DNA of 59,500 nucleotides, filler included, from Circinaria calcarea (lineage: Eukaryota): the NCBI GenBank assembly GCA_051942165.1. It is 10 parts of 10 records of this genome, joined end to end, with 100 filler letters (N's around TTAATTAATTAA, not from the genome) between each part and the next. Parts side by side here need not be neighbours in the genome. Positions count along the whole stretch, not along the records: positions 35,801 to 41,659 come from JAVECS010001766.1; positions 41,760 to 47,617 come from JAVECS010001767.1; positions 47,718 to 53,569 come from JAVECS010001768.1; 7 more parts are not named here. The stretch is one strand, 5' to 3'. The translations under genes were made by a program, and so were the position numbers. The notes under the pieces were generated by a model. It searched no databases. It was not told where the DNA came from and saw only the letters and a program-made list of their open reading frames with translations. Numbering within the stretch: position 1 is the first letter of the stretch; every line of letters begins with the position of its first letter. Shown piece by piece: positions 35,701 to 49,229 of the stretch.

Positions 35701-35800
35701 NNNNNNNNNNNNNNNNNNNNNNNNNNNNNNNNNNNNNNNNNNNNTTAATTAATTAANNNNNNNNNNNNNNNNNNNNNNNNNNNNNNNNNNNNNNNNNNNN
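35701..35800. other. Artificial contig spacer 6
   Basis: N44-TTAATTAATTAA-N44. Confidence 0.99.
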
Positions 35801-36687
35801 TGATCGCTTTACAAGAGAGAAAGCAGTGAAACCATACCAATGGGTTGAGACCATCATCCCTCGAAGGGAACCTTCGAGGCACGAAACGGCAATGACCAAT
35901 TCCGCCACTTGCCCACTTCAAACTAAGAGGTCCTCTATCTATCTTCGTGGCTACGAGAGGAGGCGTGGAGTTGACTTGAATATCTAGAAATATTTGTGCA
36001 CGTTTAGCTTTCCTTTGAATCTCACCCCCATGTTCTTCTCGGGATAGATTTTACCAGGGCCCGGAGAAAATGAGCTAAACGCCACTTCTGCAGGTTGCTT
36101 ATTTGGTGGCTTCATTGATCTGCGTGTGGTGTGGGTGCTTTTAAGCTGATGAAAGGGTACGATGTATCGAGCCCTTTTTGGAATGCATGCAAGACCCCTC
36201 GCATTTAGGGCACTGGGGGTTTTCTGAATTTGCTAAAACGGGTTATTGACGGCCCCGCACCGATAGCCTAATTTTGACAGCTTGGGTCAACCCGTGGCTT
36301 AGGTTCCAATTGGCAGAGGTTTCCCGGATCGAACCGTTGACGATCGATACTAATGTTTGTCAAAACCCAACCATGCTAGCTCCAGAACCCATGCTTTTAT
36401 GTTAGTAGTCAAGGTTCATAACCGTCTGAATGAGAAACCATCGATACCATACCTGAGTGGGATCCACTTGTACTGAGCAACTGGCTGGTAGTAACTACGG
36501 CATCCCCACGCTTACTAACCCATAAAAGGCGCCCCCCCCCCCCGCGCTAGTAAATAGAGGTTCGAAGTAGAGTCAGAAGTTTAACGGGGCACCCGTTTCC
36601 TTATAGACTATGGCAAATAAACTACGCAGGATGAAGACATTGTGCTTCCAACTACCGCCTATCCAACAGCTGCCACCACCCTCGATC

Positions 36688-38814
36688 CTAAGCGGCAGCA
36701 CCCCATGCATCGCTACCAGCTCCCTTGATCGACCTTCTTTCCGGTAAAAGTCCGACGAAAACTGTTAACCCAGCCAACCCGATCCCCATAGCCCAGGCAG
36801 CCTTGAGGCCGGCCAGGTAAGCTCGAAGGATGCCCGGTACCTCGGCGGCAGTGAATACTTTGCGGATCTCAGTCGACCCAACAGCGAAGACTTGCGCCGG
36901 ATCGATGCCTGGTGCATACTTGGGGAGATTCGCTACCATGACGTTGGCAAAAATGCTCTGGGCGGCAGAGACTGAGAGGGCGCCGCTCACGAGTTGGAAG
37001 ACTGGAGGAGCTACATTAGCACCGGCCCCGGCGGCGAGACATGATTGAAAGAAACACCTTACAGAGAACATTGGCAGTGACCAGAGGGATATCGACCATT
37101 TCGGAAAATGCTTGGGACGCCGTGACGGGAATTTGAATGGCGGTCCCGATGCCAACTCCCACGAGAATCTGATATCCAATGTACTCGCCCGCCGAGGAAC
37201 CGATGTCTAGCGTGTATAACAGACCAGCACCGATGGTAAGAAGAGTACCACCGACCAGAAGAAAAGGCTGGAAATATCCCACTCTTCCAACGAGGTGGCC
37301 TCCGATGATTGTGCAAATCGCTATGAATTTTCATCTTAGCCTTGTAGGGTTGAGAGCTCTCTTGAAAACATACCGGTTGATAGGATCATTGGGAGATTCC
37401 GGAGTCCACTCGAGGTGGGTGACGCATTGTCGATAGCTTGAAAATAGATAGGTAGGTTATAGACGAGGAGGAAGTTGGCAGAGTTAAGTCTGCAATGCTG
37501 TGAGGAACTTCTTCATTGCCTGCTTTGGGGAGCCGGAAGCACTTACAGGAATATGAAAAGAGAGAGGACTGCTACGTTCCTTTGTTTGATGATTCGAGCA
37601 ACGATAAGAGCCCGTTCCCCTTGAAGGTACTGTATCACGATGAACAAGATCGTCAGGCTGACCCACCCGACCAAAAGGCCAATCACATCGGACGAGCTCC
37701 ACGGCTTGACGATACCGCCCCATTCCAGAGCGAGAATGTAGCAGACAAGTGCCGCAACGATCGTGATGGTACCGGGGAGATCCATTTGACGGAATATCTC
37801 CCAATAGGTTGCTCTGGTGGGTTTCGCATGCGCTGGGGTATGAAAGAAGAATAACAGAACAAGCAAAGAAAAGCCACCGACAGGAAGATTTATGTAGAAG
37901 CTATCAGTAAGAGTCAGTTTGAATTGAGTATGAACGAGTTAGCCCGCCGAAGCTAGCTGATTTGGTTTGCACGTACCACCATCGCCAGCTGATCTTATCT
38001 GTAAAGACACCACCTAGAAGCGGTCCCGCGACACTTGCACAGCTGAACACTGCACCGATAAGACCAATAAACGCAGGCTGCTTTGGGGTTGAGACGATAT
38101 ATACAATGACGTTGTAGACACCGCCGACAATACCAGCTCCTCCGAGGCCGGTAAGTGCTCGTCCTCCGATAAGAGTTGTACTACTCTTTGCAACACCTGT
38201 ACATGCCTTGGGATCAGAAAAGCTCTCAGTGCTCTCCATGAAGCAGGTGTGGAAACTCACCACACACTATGCTACCGAGCTCGAAGACGACGACAGATAG
38301 GAGAAGGGACGTCTTCAACGGGAAATACTTGTACGCTTTTCCCCACGGGGATTGGAAGGCGCTGAGCGTCAAGAAAAAGGCCGAGGCGTACCAGCCCACC
38401 TGGTCCAGACTGTGAAACTCGTCCGTAATGCGGGGAATGGCGGTTGCGACTATGGTCTTTGCCACAGCTCGTTAGATAAGAGTCCCATCGGATGTCAATA
38501 GCCGACGGTTTATCTCTGCTTACCATGTCCAGAGCTACCTGTATACCTAGTTAGACGACGTTAAAGTTTACCATTGCATTGGATAGGATATCGATTGATT
38601 ATCGTACCAAGAACATGCTCAGCAGTAAAGCCAGAAAAACCAGGTAGAGTTTGATACCGCTGAGATACTGCTGTACTTCCTCTTCTGCCACGGCAGTCTC
38701 CTTCAAATCCTGCGACGAGGACTCATTCGAGACGAATACAGCGCTGCGGGGCTTTGAATCTGAACCCGCTCTCTCGCCGATTGAAGTGTCAGTTTTTTCG
38801 TGAGTGCCGTCCAT
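36688..38814 (-). CDS. MFS 14-TM (DHA2) toxin/drug efflux pump, GliA/AflT-like; multi-exon with a 15-nt microexon (38524-38538)
   Basis: [92 protein letters not shown]. Confidence 0.92.
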
Positions 38815-39863
38815 CTTGCTGCTATGGTGAGGTCGAAAGTGGTGCTGAGAGAAGTCAGCAGTGGCCAGGCATGTGAAAAATAGGGGACTAGGACTGTGGG
38901 TTCACTTGCACTCCAGGTCCTCAGAGAATGATGATAGGAGAGTGTTGATGGCACGGAGGAAACTGGGGCGGGCAGTTATACGTCTCGCTTAACGAATGCA
39001 GCGGCCATGTAGGCGGACGGGTCCTGTCATCTATCCTATCCGTTCTGCATATTTAGGTAGTGATATAACCCGGTTCGGACCAGTTGCATTTACGCGTACC
39101 TATTATCGAGAGAGTCGATAAGGACATGCGGCAGTATTGAATTTCCCCAATATACCCATATGGGCTCTTCTATGTGCAGCCTAGTAGGAAATGATAACCA
39201 CCACAGGAGAGTGTGGGTGGGCAAACAAACGGGTCGATCTCTTCTGGATGGACATAGCGTCATAATGCTTGGGTGCATGCACAAACACGCAAGCCATCAG
39301 ACATCAGGCACATCTATCCAAAATTAATTCAGAGCAAGGGGTTGAAAACATCACAGAACTCGCTCGGCTTTATAGCTCCCGCAGCAGACATTCAAGTGGG
39401 TGGGTGGGGAGGGAAATCTAAGCACTAGAGAAGATTATCTTCTTTCCTCGGTAGTAAGCCGAGCAAGTGGAGTCTGCTTACTAGTAGATTTGTGCAGATT
39501 TGTGCCGATTTGGAGAGCGCCACCAGCTCATGCCAAGCTGAGGATCCTCTCCAGCATGGTAACGCCAGGTTAATTTCCAGAAGCAAAGTAGGGGAACCCA
39601 TCCGTACATGCTCGCGCCGAGTACCGACATGAATCCGGTTTCAACTTCCCCGCCAGCCAATTTTGCCTTTCCAATCAATGACCGAGCGCAAGATGCCGAC
39701 GATTCTGATGAAGCACGAAGACAGTAACTCTTATGCTTTACTTATGGTAAAGAGCCGTCGAATTGTGCAAGACACAAGGTCTTGGATGTCTTCAAGTCGG
39801 CACTCTTCATGCTTCTGGCATGGAATCTTATCATCAGAGGCCATGCCGTTTGATGGAACGACA

Positions 39864-39979
39864 CGGGCACTATTATAGCGTGTGCGGGCACCGTTATATC
39901 ATGCAAGCCAGGGGTGTGCATTTGCGGATCATTATAGCGTGTCTCTAGTCGAGGGCTAGGCGGACACTATTATAGCGTG
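39864..39979. promoter_or_regulatory. Four direct copies of a CGG-N-TTATAGCGTG-type motif in the MFS/bZIP divergent intergenic region
   Basis: CGGGCACTATTATAGCGTG (39864), CGGGCACCGTTATATCATG (39885), CGGATCATTATAGCGTG (39925), CGGACACTATTATAGCGTG (39961). A regulatory role is inferred only. Confidence 0.4.
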
Positions 39980-41248
39980 CAGCCAGGGTATGCGCGGAAA
40001 TAGGAAGTAAGCTGGAGCTGGCATAGGCACAAAGTGGGGAGACCTCTTCAAGGATGGCACGGCGAAATCTCTAGTTGGCGAATCGGGGCTCCACGGGACC
40101 CCGTTTGGGAGAGCCACAGGCCTCGTGCCACAAGGGCGTATGTCTGTAATGTTGCTGCAAACTCATGGGTGACTACGAGCTCAAATGGCGGCATGTGGGA
40201 TTCGTGTTTCTAGTCGGAGAATGGACGGGGGATTCGACACTCAGCAACAGTTTGCATCCGGAGGATGTTCCTCCTCCCGCTCATGTCCCAAAATAAGGCA
40301 TGGCTTTTGCTACCAATGATCATGCCCGCGCATATCTCGTGCTGTCCGTTGAGAGTCAATACCCGGAATGGGATAATGTATAACATCCGGAGTCATTGCG
40401 TTACCGAACTAGCGAGTAATCTCTTCGGGAAGTGATTCTAATAGATAGTAGCATTGCCAATATGGCGAGTCAAAACAAGAGCGACGGTGGCTTGGAGACG
40501 GCATATCGGAAGCCGGCACAGGGGCGCTAGCCGGGTTATAGTAGCAGTATGGTAGGGCGTCGCGTATGGCGATGGAAGAATGTATATTCGTCGTTACATG
40601 GCATGATGAACTGAAAGAGGGTGAAGCTAGAGGCTGCTATGCTACACCAAGGAGTCGCAGCAAATGCCTTGGAGTTCAAGATGGAGGAAGCGCTCGAATG
40701 GTACAAAAACCATCGGGGGACCCACTATCGTTTTCGAGCTGGCAACATCTCAAACGCCTCTGAAAAATCTTTCGTAAGCACCCTAATTCGGGCGCTCCTC
40801 TTCCTTCGGCGCATGCGGGCAGTAGCTACCTGGCCAGCTTCGGCCCACTATAGTATGTATGTTCTAAAACTTCTGCGGCATGGGTAACAAATCATCTTCA
40901 CTCTGCCACTTGTACACCTCTCACCCAAAGTCCCAATCCATCTCATCTGCATTGACCGTTGAGAATCCTTCGTCCATCCAGCGAAAGAAGATCTACAGAT
41001 GATAGTGTAAACTTTCCCCTACCGATCATGCCCGGAACCTCGATAGTCGCCCCAATCGATCTGGGACTTATTACCATCCCATAATTAAATACGCAACGCC
41101 TATTTCTTCAACACTGCCGTTATCTCAAATCTTCTCGGAGGATACCGTCCGGTGCTGCCATATAAGTGAAGAGGATCCTACCTTCCCGTTGGCGGGGTGG
41201 CTAGTCACCACGCATCGCGAGCAGCAGGTCCTTTACTGATCCTTGAGC

Positions 41249-41659
41249 ATGGCCGAACGCCTAGAGCCCAGCCCCCAGCACCCTTCGAGCGTATCTAAGC
41301 GAAGGAAAGAGCAAAATCGTGTGGCTCAGAAGAAGTACCGTCAGTGTGAACTTTTTCAAGGCTCTCAATGCGTATCGGTAGCTCACACCAGCAAGGTCAA
41401 GGTATCAAGAACCGTCTGCTGGCTCTGGAGGAGCTGACCAGCACTCTGGCCTCATCTAGTAACCAAGATCCACCCAGGCTCAGCAGGGAGTTGAGTCTGC
41501 AACACGTTAAACCCTCCCCCTCCCCCATCTGCTCCAGACAGCCCATGTCTATCGAGAGATTTTCCCAAGACAGTCTTGATGAGCTAGAGTCTGCTCTGGT
41601 CCCTGATAAAAGCGATCACGCTACATCGAATTACTCCGCATGCTCGCGCTTCTTGGACC
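41249..41659 (+). CDS. bZIP transcription factor; 3' truncated
   Basis: Basic region KRRKEQNRVAQKKYR, an intron inside the last Arg codon, then zipper start QGIKNRLLALEEL; TATAAG at 41161. Confidence 0.8.
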
Positions 41660-41759
41660 NNNNNNNNNNNNNNNNNNNNNNNNNNNNNNNNNNNNNNNNN
41701 NNNTTAATTAATTAANNNNNNNNNNNNNNNNNNNNNNNNNNNNNNNNNNNNNNNNNNNN
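41660..41759. other. Artificial contig spacer 7
   Basis: N44-TTAATTAATTAA-N44. Confidence 0.99.
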
Positions 41760-43400
41760 ACAGTAATGGTTTTGTGCGGAAGGAGCGGCTTGAAAGGATT
41801 GTCCACGGCAAATTTTAACTTCATGCGGGGAGCTCCCCGGCCTAGAGACTCTTCGGGTGCGATGTTCAATGCCGAGGAAGAGGTAGTGGTGGTGGATGCA
41901 ATACTCGACTCGCGGTATTTACTGACTACTCTCCTGGCCACCCCTTTTTTAGGCGCATCGGGGAGTTTGAAGATATCGTCGCCTACATTGTTTCCGTCCC
42001 ATTCTTCCAAACTCTGTAGATCCCAAAAGTAAACTTTACTCTTCTCATTCCCGATGACTAATATCGGGCGTTTCGGGGGTTTCACAAAGAGGGAGAAACG
42101 CATGTAGAAGGGGATAGTGTCGTATGCTTCGAATTGCAGAAGACGTTGATATGTGCCCCCAAAGGCGGAGCGCGTTGGGCGAAAGTCATGAGTCGTCGGG
42201 GCAGACGCTGGGGGCGGCGGAGTAGACAAGGACGAAAAATTTTCAATGCGCCAAAGAACGATCTTGTTCTCGTGGGCGCATTTGGAGAGTATGAGATCGT
42301 GGTACCACGCCACACTTAAGAACAGGTCCAGTGAGCCCTTGTGCAGGGGAGGTGGAGAAGGTGGATGCTCACCAGTCTACGTAGTTGGTATGAATGGCAC
42401 TACTCGAAAAGTGCGGATAATGGATGATGGTCGGCTTGTCGGTTCCTGTGGCTTCGTCGGGTAGTGAGGGAATGGTCCATAGATTGACGACATTGTCCAT
42501 ACCCCCGGTGAGGAGATATTGGCCGGTTGGATGGAAGGCCTGAGTTATGCGTCAGACCATCGGCCCTCTTGCATGAAACTAGGCACTTACGAGGGTCAAG
42601 AGACCCTCCTTGTGGCCTTCGCCAGCGCACATCAGCATGCACGGCTGCTTCTCGTGTGCTGGGTCTAGACTCCAGAGCCGGACAGAGTGGTCCATGGAGG
42701 CTGACGCGAGGATTGCTGGGGAGAGAGGCGAGATGCCAAGATCATTAACGTCCTTGGAGCCCATCAAAACCCGGTTTTGTCACTTCGCAGCTTTGACCTT
42801 ACCTTACCGTGACCTATGAGTGTCTGGGGAAGCTTAGCAAGGCACCTGTTTAGGTTGGAGGACGCTGGCTCACCCTGACCAGCTTGCCCGTCTTCACATT
42901 GAAGACTTTGATACTTGAGGGCACGCCACTCACACACAAGAGCGGATCGCCCGAGGCCAGATCTTGTGACCAGATACAGCTGTTGATACTTGCGTTTTGC
43001 TAGCCTCCTTCAGCACATGCCTTACCCGGCAAGGGGTGACTCCCGTACGTCTTCATCATGAAACCATTGGATGATCTCCATGCCAGAGTCTGCGTCCAAG
43101 GCCCGACAGACGATTGTCTAGTAGGGTTCGATCAAAAGACCAACCACAACTTGATGCATAGGAGGAGGCTGACCTCAGCTTTGCCAACGACAGCGAAGAC
43201 GGGATCGCAGCCGGGCGAGGTGTAGGGGTAAAATTTACAGTCGAAGAATTGGGTAGGCTCGTGGGGTTTTGCATAACCCTGCGTCCCGCTCAGCTTTACT
43301 TCAAGCCGGCCGGTTGAAGACGGCCTCACTGGAGAAGGCCTACGTTTATCCTTGCGTAGGCTTTGACCGTAGGGAAATCGGATTCAAACGAATGTGCCAT
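41760..43400 (-). CDS. eed: Polycomb PRC2 WD40 subunit EED/ESC homolog; multi-exon, 3' truncated
   Basis: [111 protein letters not shown]. Confidence 0.85.
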
Positions 43401-45961
43401 TTCGAAGCTGGGCAGGTACCGCAGTACAAGGGCCAAGCTCTCTCTCCGTCACGTACGTTCGTATTTCAGTCCACTGACGTCCTGGTGCCAGCTCAGTCAG
43501 ATTCTTAAGCCAATTAGAGGGAAGTGATCCCAGGCATATGTCTTCTCCGCAGAAAGGTTCGAGGAGCTTCTTCCCGTAGCATATAGACCCGCAACTGCCT
43601 AGCTTTGGAAGATAAGAAGACTGATCAAGTGACGCAGTCGAACTTGTTGCGTTCTGTTTCGATGCTGTGCGTAGCGTCCTTGCCGATCTCGAGAGGGAGA
43701 GCGAGAGCGGATGTTGTATTCCGGGACCTGGACAGCACTTACCAGAGATATACGGAGCACATGACTTGGCATGGAAAGGAGGGAGTAGATGCTAGGGATC
43801 CTTCTGATCACGCTTATTCTTGCCCTGACTCTGTCCTGTCTCCCGATTCCGCAGTAGAAGGTGAAGTCAATGGTTTTCGAATTAAGTGTGGAGCTTCTCT
43901 GCCTGAAAGCAGCTCTGACTCGCGGTCAGAGCTAAGAAGAGTTTAACAGTGCGCCAGGGTCCAATTCTCTCCCTAAGCCTCAAGCTACCTGCCAATTAGA
44001 TCGCCCGATTGCCCTTCCCGAGCATCGTCATAGTTACAGAGGAACACCGTCCTTACTTCCCTACTCGACAAAAATCCCAAAATCGGGGGATCGTTGTTGG
44101 CGCAAACGGATTTCTACTTGCAGCGTTGTCTGGGGCCCAAAGAGAGGGCCGGAGGACAGCGACTCTAGGGCAATGATGGAGGAAAGACGGTGCCTTGGAG
44201 ATCCTACGACACAGCTGGCTTGTGGGTATAGGGGGAACGACCGTTGCAGGACCCGAGTACCGAGTACCGAGCGACCTGGGCCAGTCAAGACGAAAAGGTA
44301 CAGGAGGATGAGAATTGCATAGGTACATTGAATGTACGTCCCGGATGATCGACGATGAAAAGCGTTCGAAGCGCGCTAACGGCGGGGCTAGTGCCGCCTA
44401 CCGAGGATTTCCCTTCGTTTCGCTTTCCCTTTCGTTTACGTTTGTACCTTTGGCACTACTGAGGTGGGACAAGAGTACGTCAGAATTTGAACCCTTTGGG
44501 TCGGCTCACTTTTCGGGCCTTCGTGATCGACGAATCCGCCGGGGCATCTTGGGATTATCATTCCACATCCTCCCAGAAAACCGCAAATTCGTACCTTCAC
44601 GCTCCCGCCCGACCACTCCATTTCCTGCCTTCGCCATCAGCCCTTCTTTTCCCCGGAAACCGTTGGCTGTGCACGCACAGGGAAGAAGGCCGTCGAGGAA
44701 TAAAGGATCCGAGGGAAGTGGGGATATAAGCCGACGGTGGCGTCAAGGCCAGTTCGCTATTAGACGTCTGGTGCAGCGACTCGAAAGGAGTTACACCAAG
44801 CACCGCTCTCCTCCATCGTTATCGTCGAATGGCGGATGCCCACCGAACCTCTTCGGCTCCTGCGTGAGGACTGCCCGTCCCAGTCCAGCAACCTGCCGCC
44901 CCCGGTTTGTGCATGACCAGGCCGTTGAAAAGGGCTAGTTGGGATATCCATTCAGCACCCAATACCCTTGCGCCTTAGCCCTTGCCCTCACTTGCAGTAT
45001 CTCACTTGTCCGCTCGTCGCGACCGGGAGAAGCGAAGAAAAGCCAAAGCCACACTGCTTCCGCCCCGGGTGCGGTTTGCAAGACAACGCTCGACGGCCAT
45101 CATCTTCATCACCTTCACCTCACCGTGTTGCCACTGCTGCACACGGTTCAGTGTTACACGAGCGTACACGTGTGAAGACGACACGGAACTTCACGAGAAG
45201 AAGGGTACCCTTCAAAGTACTGGGACCTGAGCTTCCTGGAATCTCTTTCCGCTCCCACGGCTCCACGGCTCCACGGCTCCTCGGATCTCCAGGTACTTAT
45301 TCCCAGATACGTACATACAAGACTGCCTGCGTCGTGCTTATGCTGCTGAAAGGATCCTGCTGTATCACCGTTTGTCGCTAATACTGGTACCACCGCAAGT
45401 TGCATCGTCGATTGGTCGAGACCCTGCGTGTTTCCACTGGATTCGCTGCGTGCGGGTAATAGCACTCCGCATTCCCATCAGACTCTCAAGCAGTCTCGGA
45501 ACTTCCCGTGGAAGCACCCTGCCCGCGGCCTGAGCACCTCGATACTTGATGAAATAAGAAAAAGCTCTCTCGAGTCATAAGCGAACGGGGGGACCAAGGG
45601 AGGCAAATCAAGGGACGGTTAGCTACGCGAAGCCACGCGATTTCGGTGGGACCGCTGACCGCGATTTCTGGTCGTTGCCAGGCAGCGAAGCGCCTTTCAC
45701 CGTTGTGCTACTGCAAGGCGCATAGCCACCCTTACGACTGAGCATTCGCGGATACGAAGCTCGAAGTCATATTGACGGTGGTACTGGGTCATCTGGCCCA
45801 AGAGATCTAGATTTCCAGGAGGTATCTGCGTGCATTTAGGACAACCGGCCAGAGGAGAATTCTGACCCGAGTTGAACGAGCAGCTCCAGATAAACTTATC
45901 CTCATCTGCATTCATCATACATCTACGACCGTTTTTTAGCGTCAACCTTCCTTTCGCCACC

Positions 45962-47617
45962 ATGGAGACTACTTTCATCTCAATTCACGGTATGTTTCCA
46001 GTTTGGTGTCTGCAATGGTCATCTCCTTCTCAACTAACGTCTCACCGCAGATTTGTCTCTTGACGCCCGCTTACTCTATGTCTCTAATTCGATCATTGAC
46101 ATATTGGGTTACTCGCCTGAGGAAGTGGTCGGTAAGTCATGTTGGGAATACTTCCATCCAGACGAGATGCCCTTCGCCAGAGCGATACACGGCAGAGGTG
46201 TGCAGCTAGACAAAGCTGCCGTCCTCAGCTACTGCCAGATAAAGAACCGATACGGTCGTTGGATTGGCTGTGAATGTGTCTTTACAATTGTGCATGATGT
46301 TCTGGTGGCTAGTACGAGTATATACCGAAGGGGCATGAAAAGTGAAAGTACGTCGTTCAACCAGGTTAAATGTATTGCCGTCCGGATTTGTACTAATCGA
46401 CTCCTACAGAGAGAGCTGCAGAGGCTCCCATAATAAGGCAGCTTTTCTCGTCCTCACCGCGGGATCCTCGATACCATATGCTTACGTATATTTCGTCAAA
46501 ATTCTCCCAAGTACCCAAACCACATTCACATGAACCTCGAGCTGCACTTTTCTTGAACCGATTTACAAGAACCTTGACAATCATGTATGCGACGGACGGC
46601 TTAGCCAAAGTTCTCGGGATTTCTGCACAGCAGTTAATCGGCAAAAGCTTCTACTACTGCATCCAAGAGAATTGCTTGCAAGAGGCAGTGAAATGTTTGG
46701 AGAGCGCGAAAGCCAACGATTCAATAGCATACCTTCGATTTTGGTTCAGGGATCCACGCGAGGATGACAGTGCTGAACACGACGAAACCATGTCCGACGC
46801 ACCAAGTAGTGATGTTGATGAGGACGAAGGAGGGGTCCATCTGGATGGTCACATGGCTACCGAAGGTAGTGACCATGCTACGGATATCGAAGGCAGTGAC
46901 CATGCGATGATCAGTGCCAGTGAATCTGGATATTCTGGATCTCGATGTTCAGTAGATAACGGCTCAGACCAACGCGGGCAAAGCTCTTCGCTAGATCCCA
47001 ATTCTCGATCTTTATCCGGCAACAGCACGGACATGGCGGCTGATGCAGCTGATGCTATCTGGGATGAGCCTCCGAACACCCCTTCCTCGGCCTCATCTGT
47101 CCCTGCATCGGTCGAAGGGGAGACGAGGAGGAACTCGAGACTACGCGGTACAGCCCAACCCCGCCCTCATATCGAGTTGGAGGCAGTGGTTTCCTGTACA
47201 TCGGACGGATTGGTGGTTGTCCTACGTTCGGCGAGGCCTGTACTTCTGCCACCTAGATTACATCCATCCGCACGTGCGCCACAACCAGCTTATGCAAATG
47301 GTCTATTCGCTTCGCCATGGGGCGCAACGCCAATCATGCCCCATGCCCAAGGAAGAACACACGGGACCCTGTCGATGCATAGCCCGCCAAACCTAACCCC
47401 ATGGCAGCCAACCGCCGCTCAAGCACAAAATGCTGCCACTCACGGACCCCCAACAGAGGATTTCATGAAGTCGATTCGCGAAGTTGCCGTGTTTGCCTGG
47501 TCTCTGACAGGCATCAACGGATCACTGGTCCAATACGGGCGTGGCAAACCGACGGGCGAGTCGCAGCCTCCTGATGGATTCCCAGTCTGGAGCCCCGAAG
47601 GCGACGCGAGTCCAAAG
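45962..47617 (+). CDS. Conserved fungal protein with two PAS-like domains; 3' truncated
   Basis: METTFISIH|DLSLDARLLYVSNSIIDILGYSPEEVVGKSCWEYFHPDE (PAS), and a second PAS-like segment IMYATDGLAKVLGISAQQLIGKSFYYCI..LEAVVSCTSDGLVVVLR. Confidence 0.85.
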
Positions 47618-47717
47618 NNNNNNNNNNNNNNNNNNNNNNNNNNNNNNNNNNNNNNNNNNNNTTAATTAATTAANNNNNNNNNNNNNNNNNNNNNNNNNNN
47701 NNNNNNNNNNNNNNNNN
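47618..47717. other. Artificial contig spacer 8
   Basis: N44-TTAATTAATTAA-N44. Confidence 0.99.
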
Positions 47718-49229
47718 CATGTCGAAGTGCAAGTTTTCGCAGACAAATACGGAAACTGCGTTGCTCTAGGGGAACGAGACTGCAGTATTCAAAGACGGCA
47801 TCAGAAGATTTTGGAAGAGTCACCTGCCCCGCATTTGGATGAAGCTTTGCGTCAAGACCTGTGGAGTAAAGCTCGTGCTGCAGCACTTGCAGTTGACTAC
47901 GAAGGTGCTGGGACTGTGGAATTCATTTTTGACAATGATACGGGCGAGTTCTTTTTCATGGAGATGAACACGAGGCTGCAAGTGGAGCATCCCGTAACAG
48001 AGATGGTGACTGGCGAAGACCTTGTGCATTGGCAGCTCATCATTGCGGAAGGGGGACAGCTTCCTTTAACCCAATCCGAGATTGAGAAGAGGATCTCTGA
48101 ACGAGGCTGGGCTATTGAAGCTAGGGTTTATGCCGAGAATCCGGAGATGTATGCCGCTTTAAAGATTTCATCTAAAAGTGCTCGTATACTAACTCAACTC
48201 TAGGGATTTCATTCCTGACTCGGGACGACTACTTCATCTACAAACTCCCCGATGTAACGATACGGTGCGCGTCGATGCAGGATTCATCTCTGGTGACGAG
48301 GTTTCATCTTATTATGACCCCATGATAGCAAAGTTGATCGTTCGCGGTTCCGATCGTACTACAGCGATACAGAAGTTATGTGCTGCTCTAGAGGAGTATG
48401 AGATCGCTGGGCCGGTTACCAATATAGAGTTTCTTAAGCGCCTGTGTCAACATCCAGCTTTTATTGCTGGCAACGTGGAGACGGGTTTTATCACGAAACA
48501 CCGAAAGGACCTTCTCCGCGAGGTTATGATTGCCCCTGAAGTTTATGCACAGGCCGCGTTGGGTACTATCTTGCGGGAGGCCGCCATGTTACAGGGCGGT
48601 TCTCATTCACCTGGTGAAGGCCTATCTGGTTTCACAACGGGCTTTCAAACCCGTCAACTTCGTTTCCTTGCCGGCCCGGCAGTTGGCGGGAAAGATCTAG
48701 TTGAGACCGATGTTGAGATCAAACCTAGCGGAGTCGGTTTGTTTGATGTTAAAGCCTGTGGGGCCTCCTTTACTTCGGTAGAAAGCCACTGGAATACCCA
48801 AAACCACACGATTACGTCTTTCTTTCCTCACACACGTCTGGAAACGCGGCTGATCGTGTCCGAATCTATCCTCACTATCTTCCAACGGGGTTCTCAGTAC
48901 CGGCTTCAATACTCAACACCCAAATGGATCGGGAAGGCCTTCGGCACGAAAGACATAGTCAACAGTGTTCTCGCGCCTATGCCTTGCAAGATCCTAAGGG
49001 TCGAGGTCCAGGAAGGAGATACGGTGAAGAAAGACCAGGCACTGGTGGTTATTGAGAGTATGAAGATGGAAACTGTGATACGAAGCCCACAGGATGGGGT
49101 AGTAGCGAAGGTTGTGCATCGACAAGGTGTAAGCATTCTAGATGGGTGGGACTTAGGATACACCTTTGCTAACACACTACTTAGGATCTTTGCAAAGCGG
49201 GAATCGCATTAGTGGAGTTTGAGGAATGA
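47718..49229 (+). CDS. mccA: 3-methylcrotonyl-CoA carboxylase alpha (biotin-containing) subunit; 5' truncated
   Basis: Biotin carboxylase motifs [44 protein letters not shown], and a C-terminal biotinyl domain with ESMKME. Introns at 48149-48203 and near 49129-49184. Confidence 0.88.

Noticed and set aside
40621..40887. Short ORF (MEEALEWYKNHRG..) vaguely like a transposase HTH start
   Set aside because: No DDE region or TIRs nearby; the similarity is too weak to support.
44315..45465. Several 100-200-aa ORFs between EED and the PAS gene
   Set aside because: Overlapping in many frames, mostly non-ATG starts, no motifs; most likely promoter/UTR sequence.
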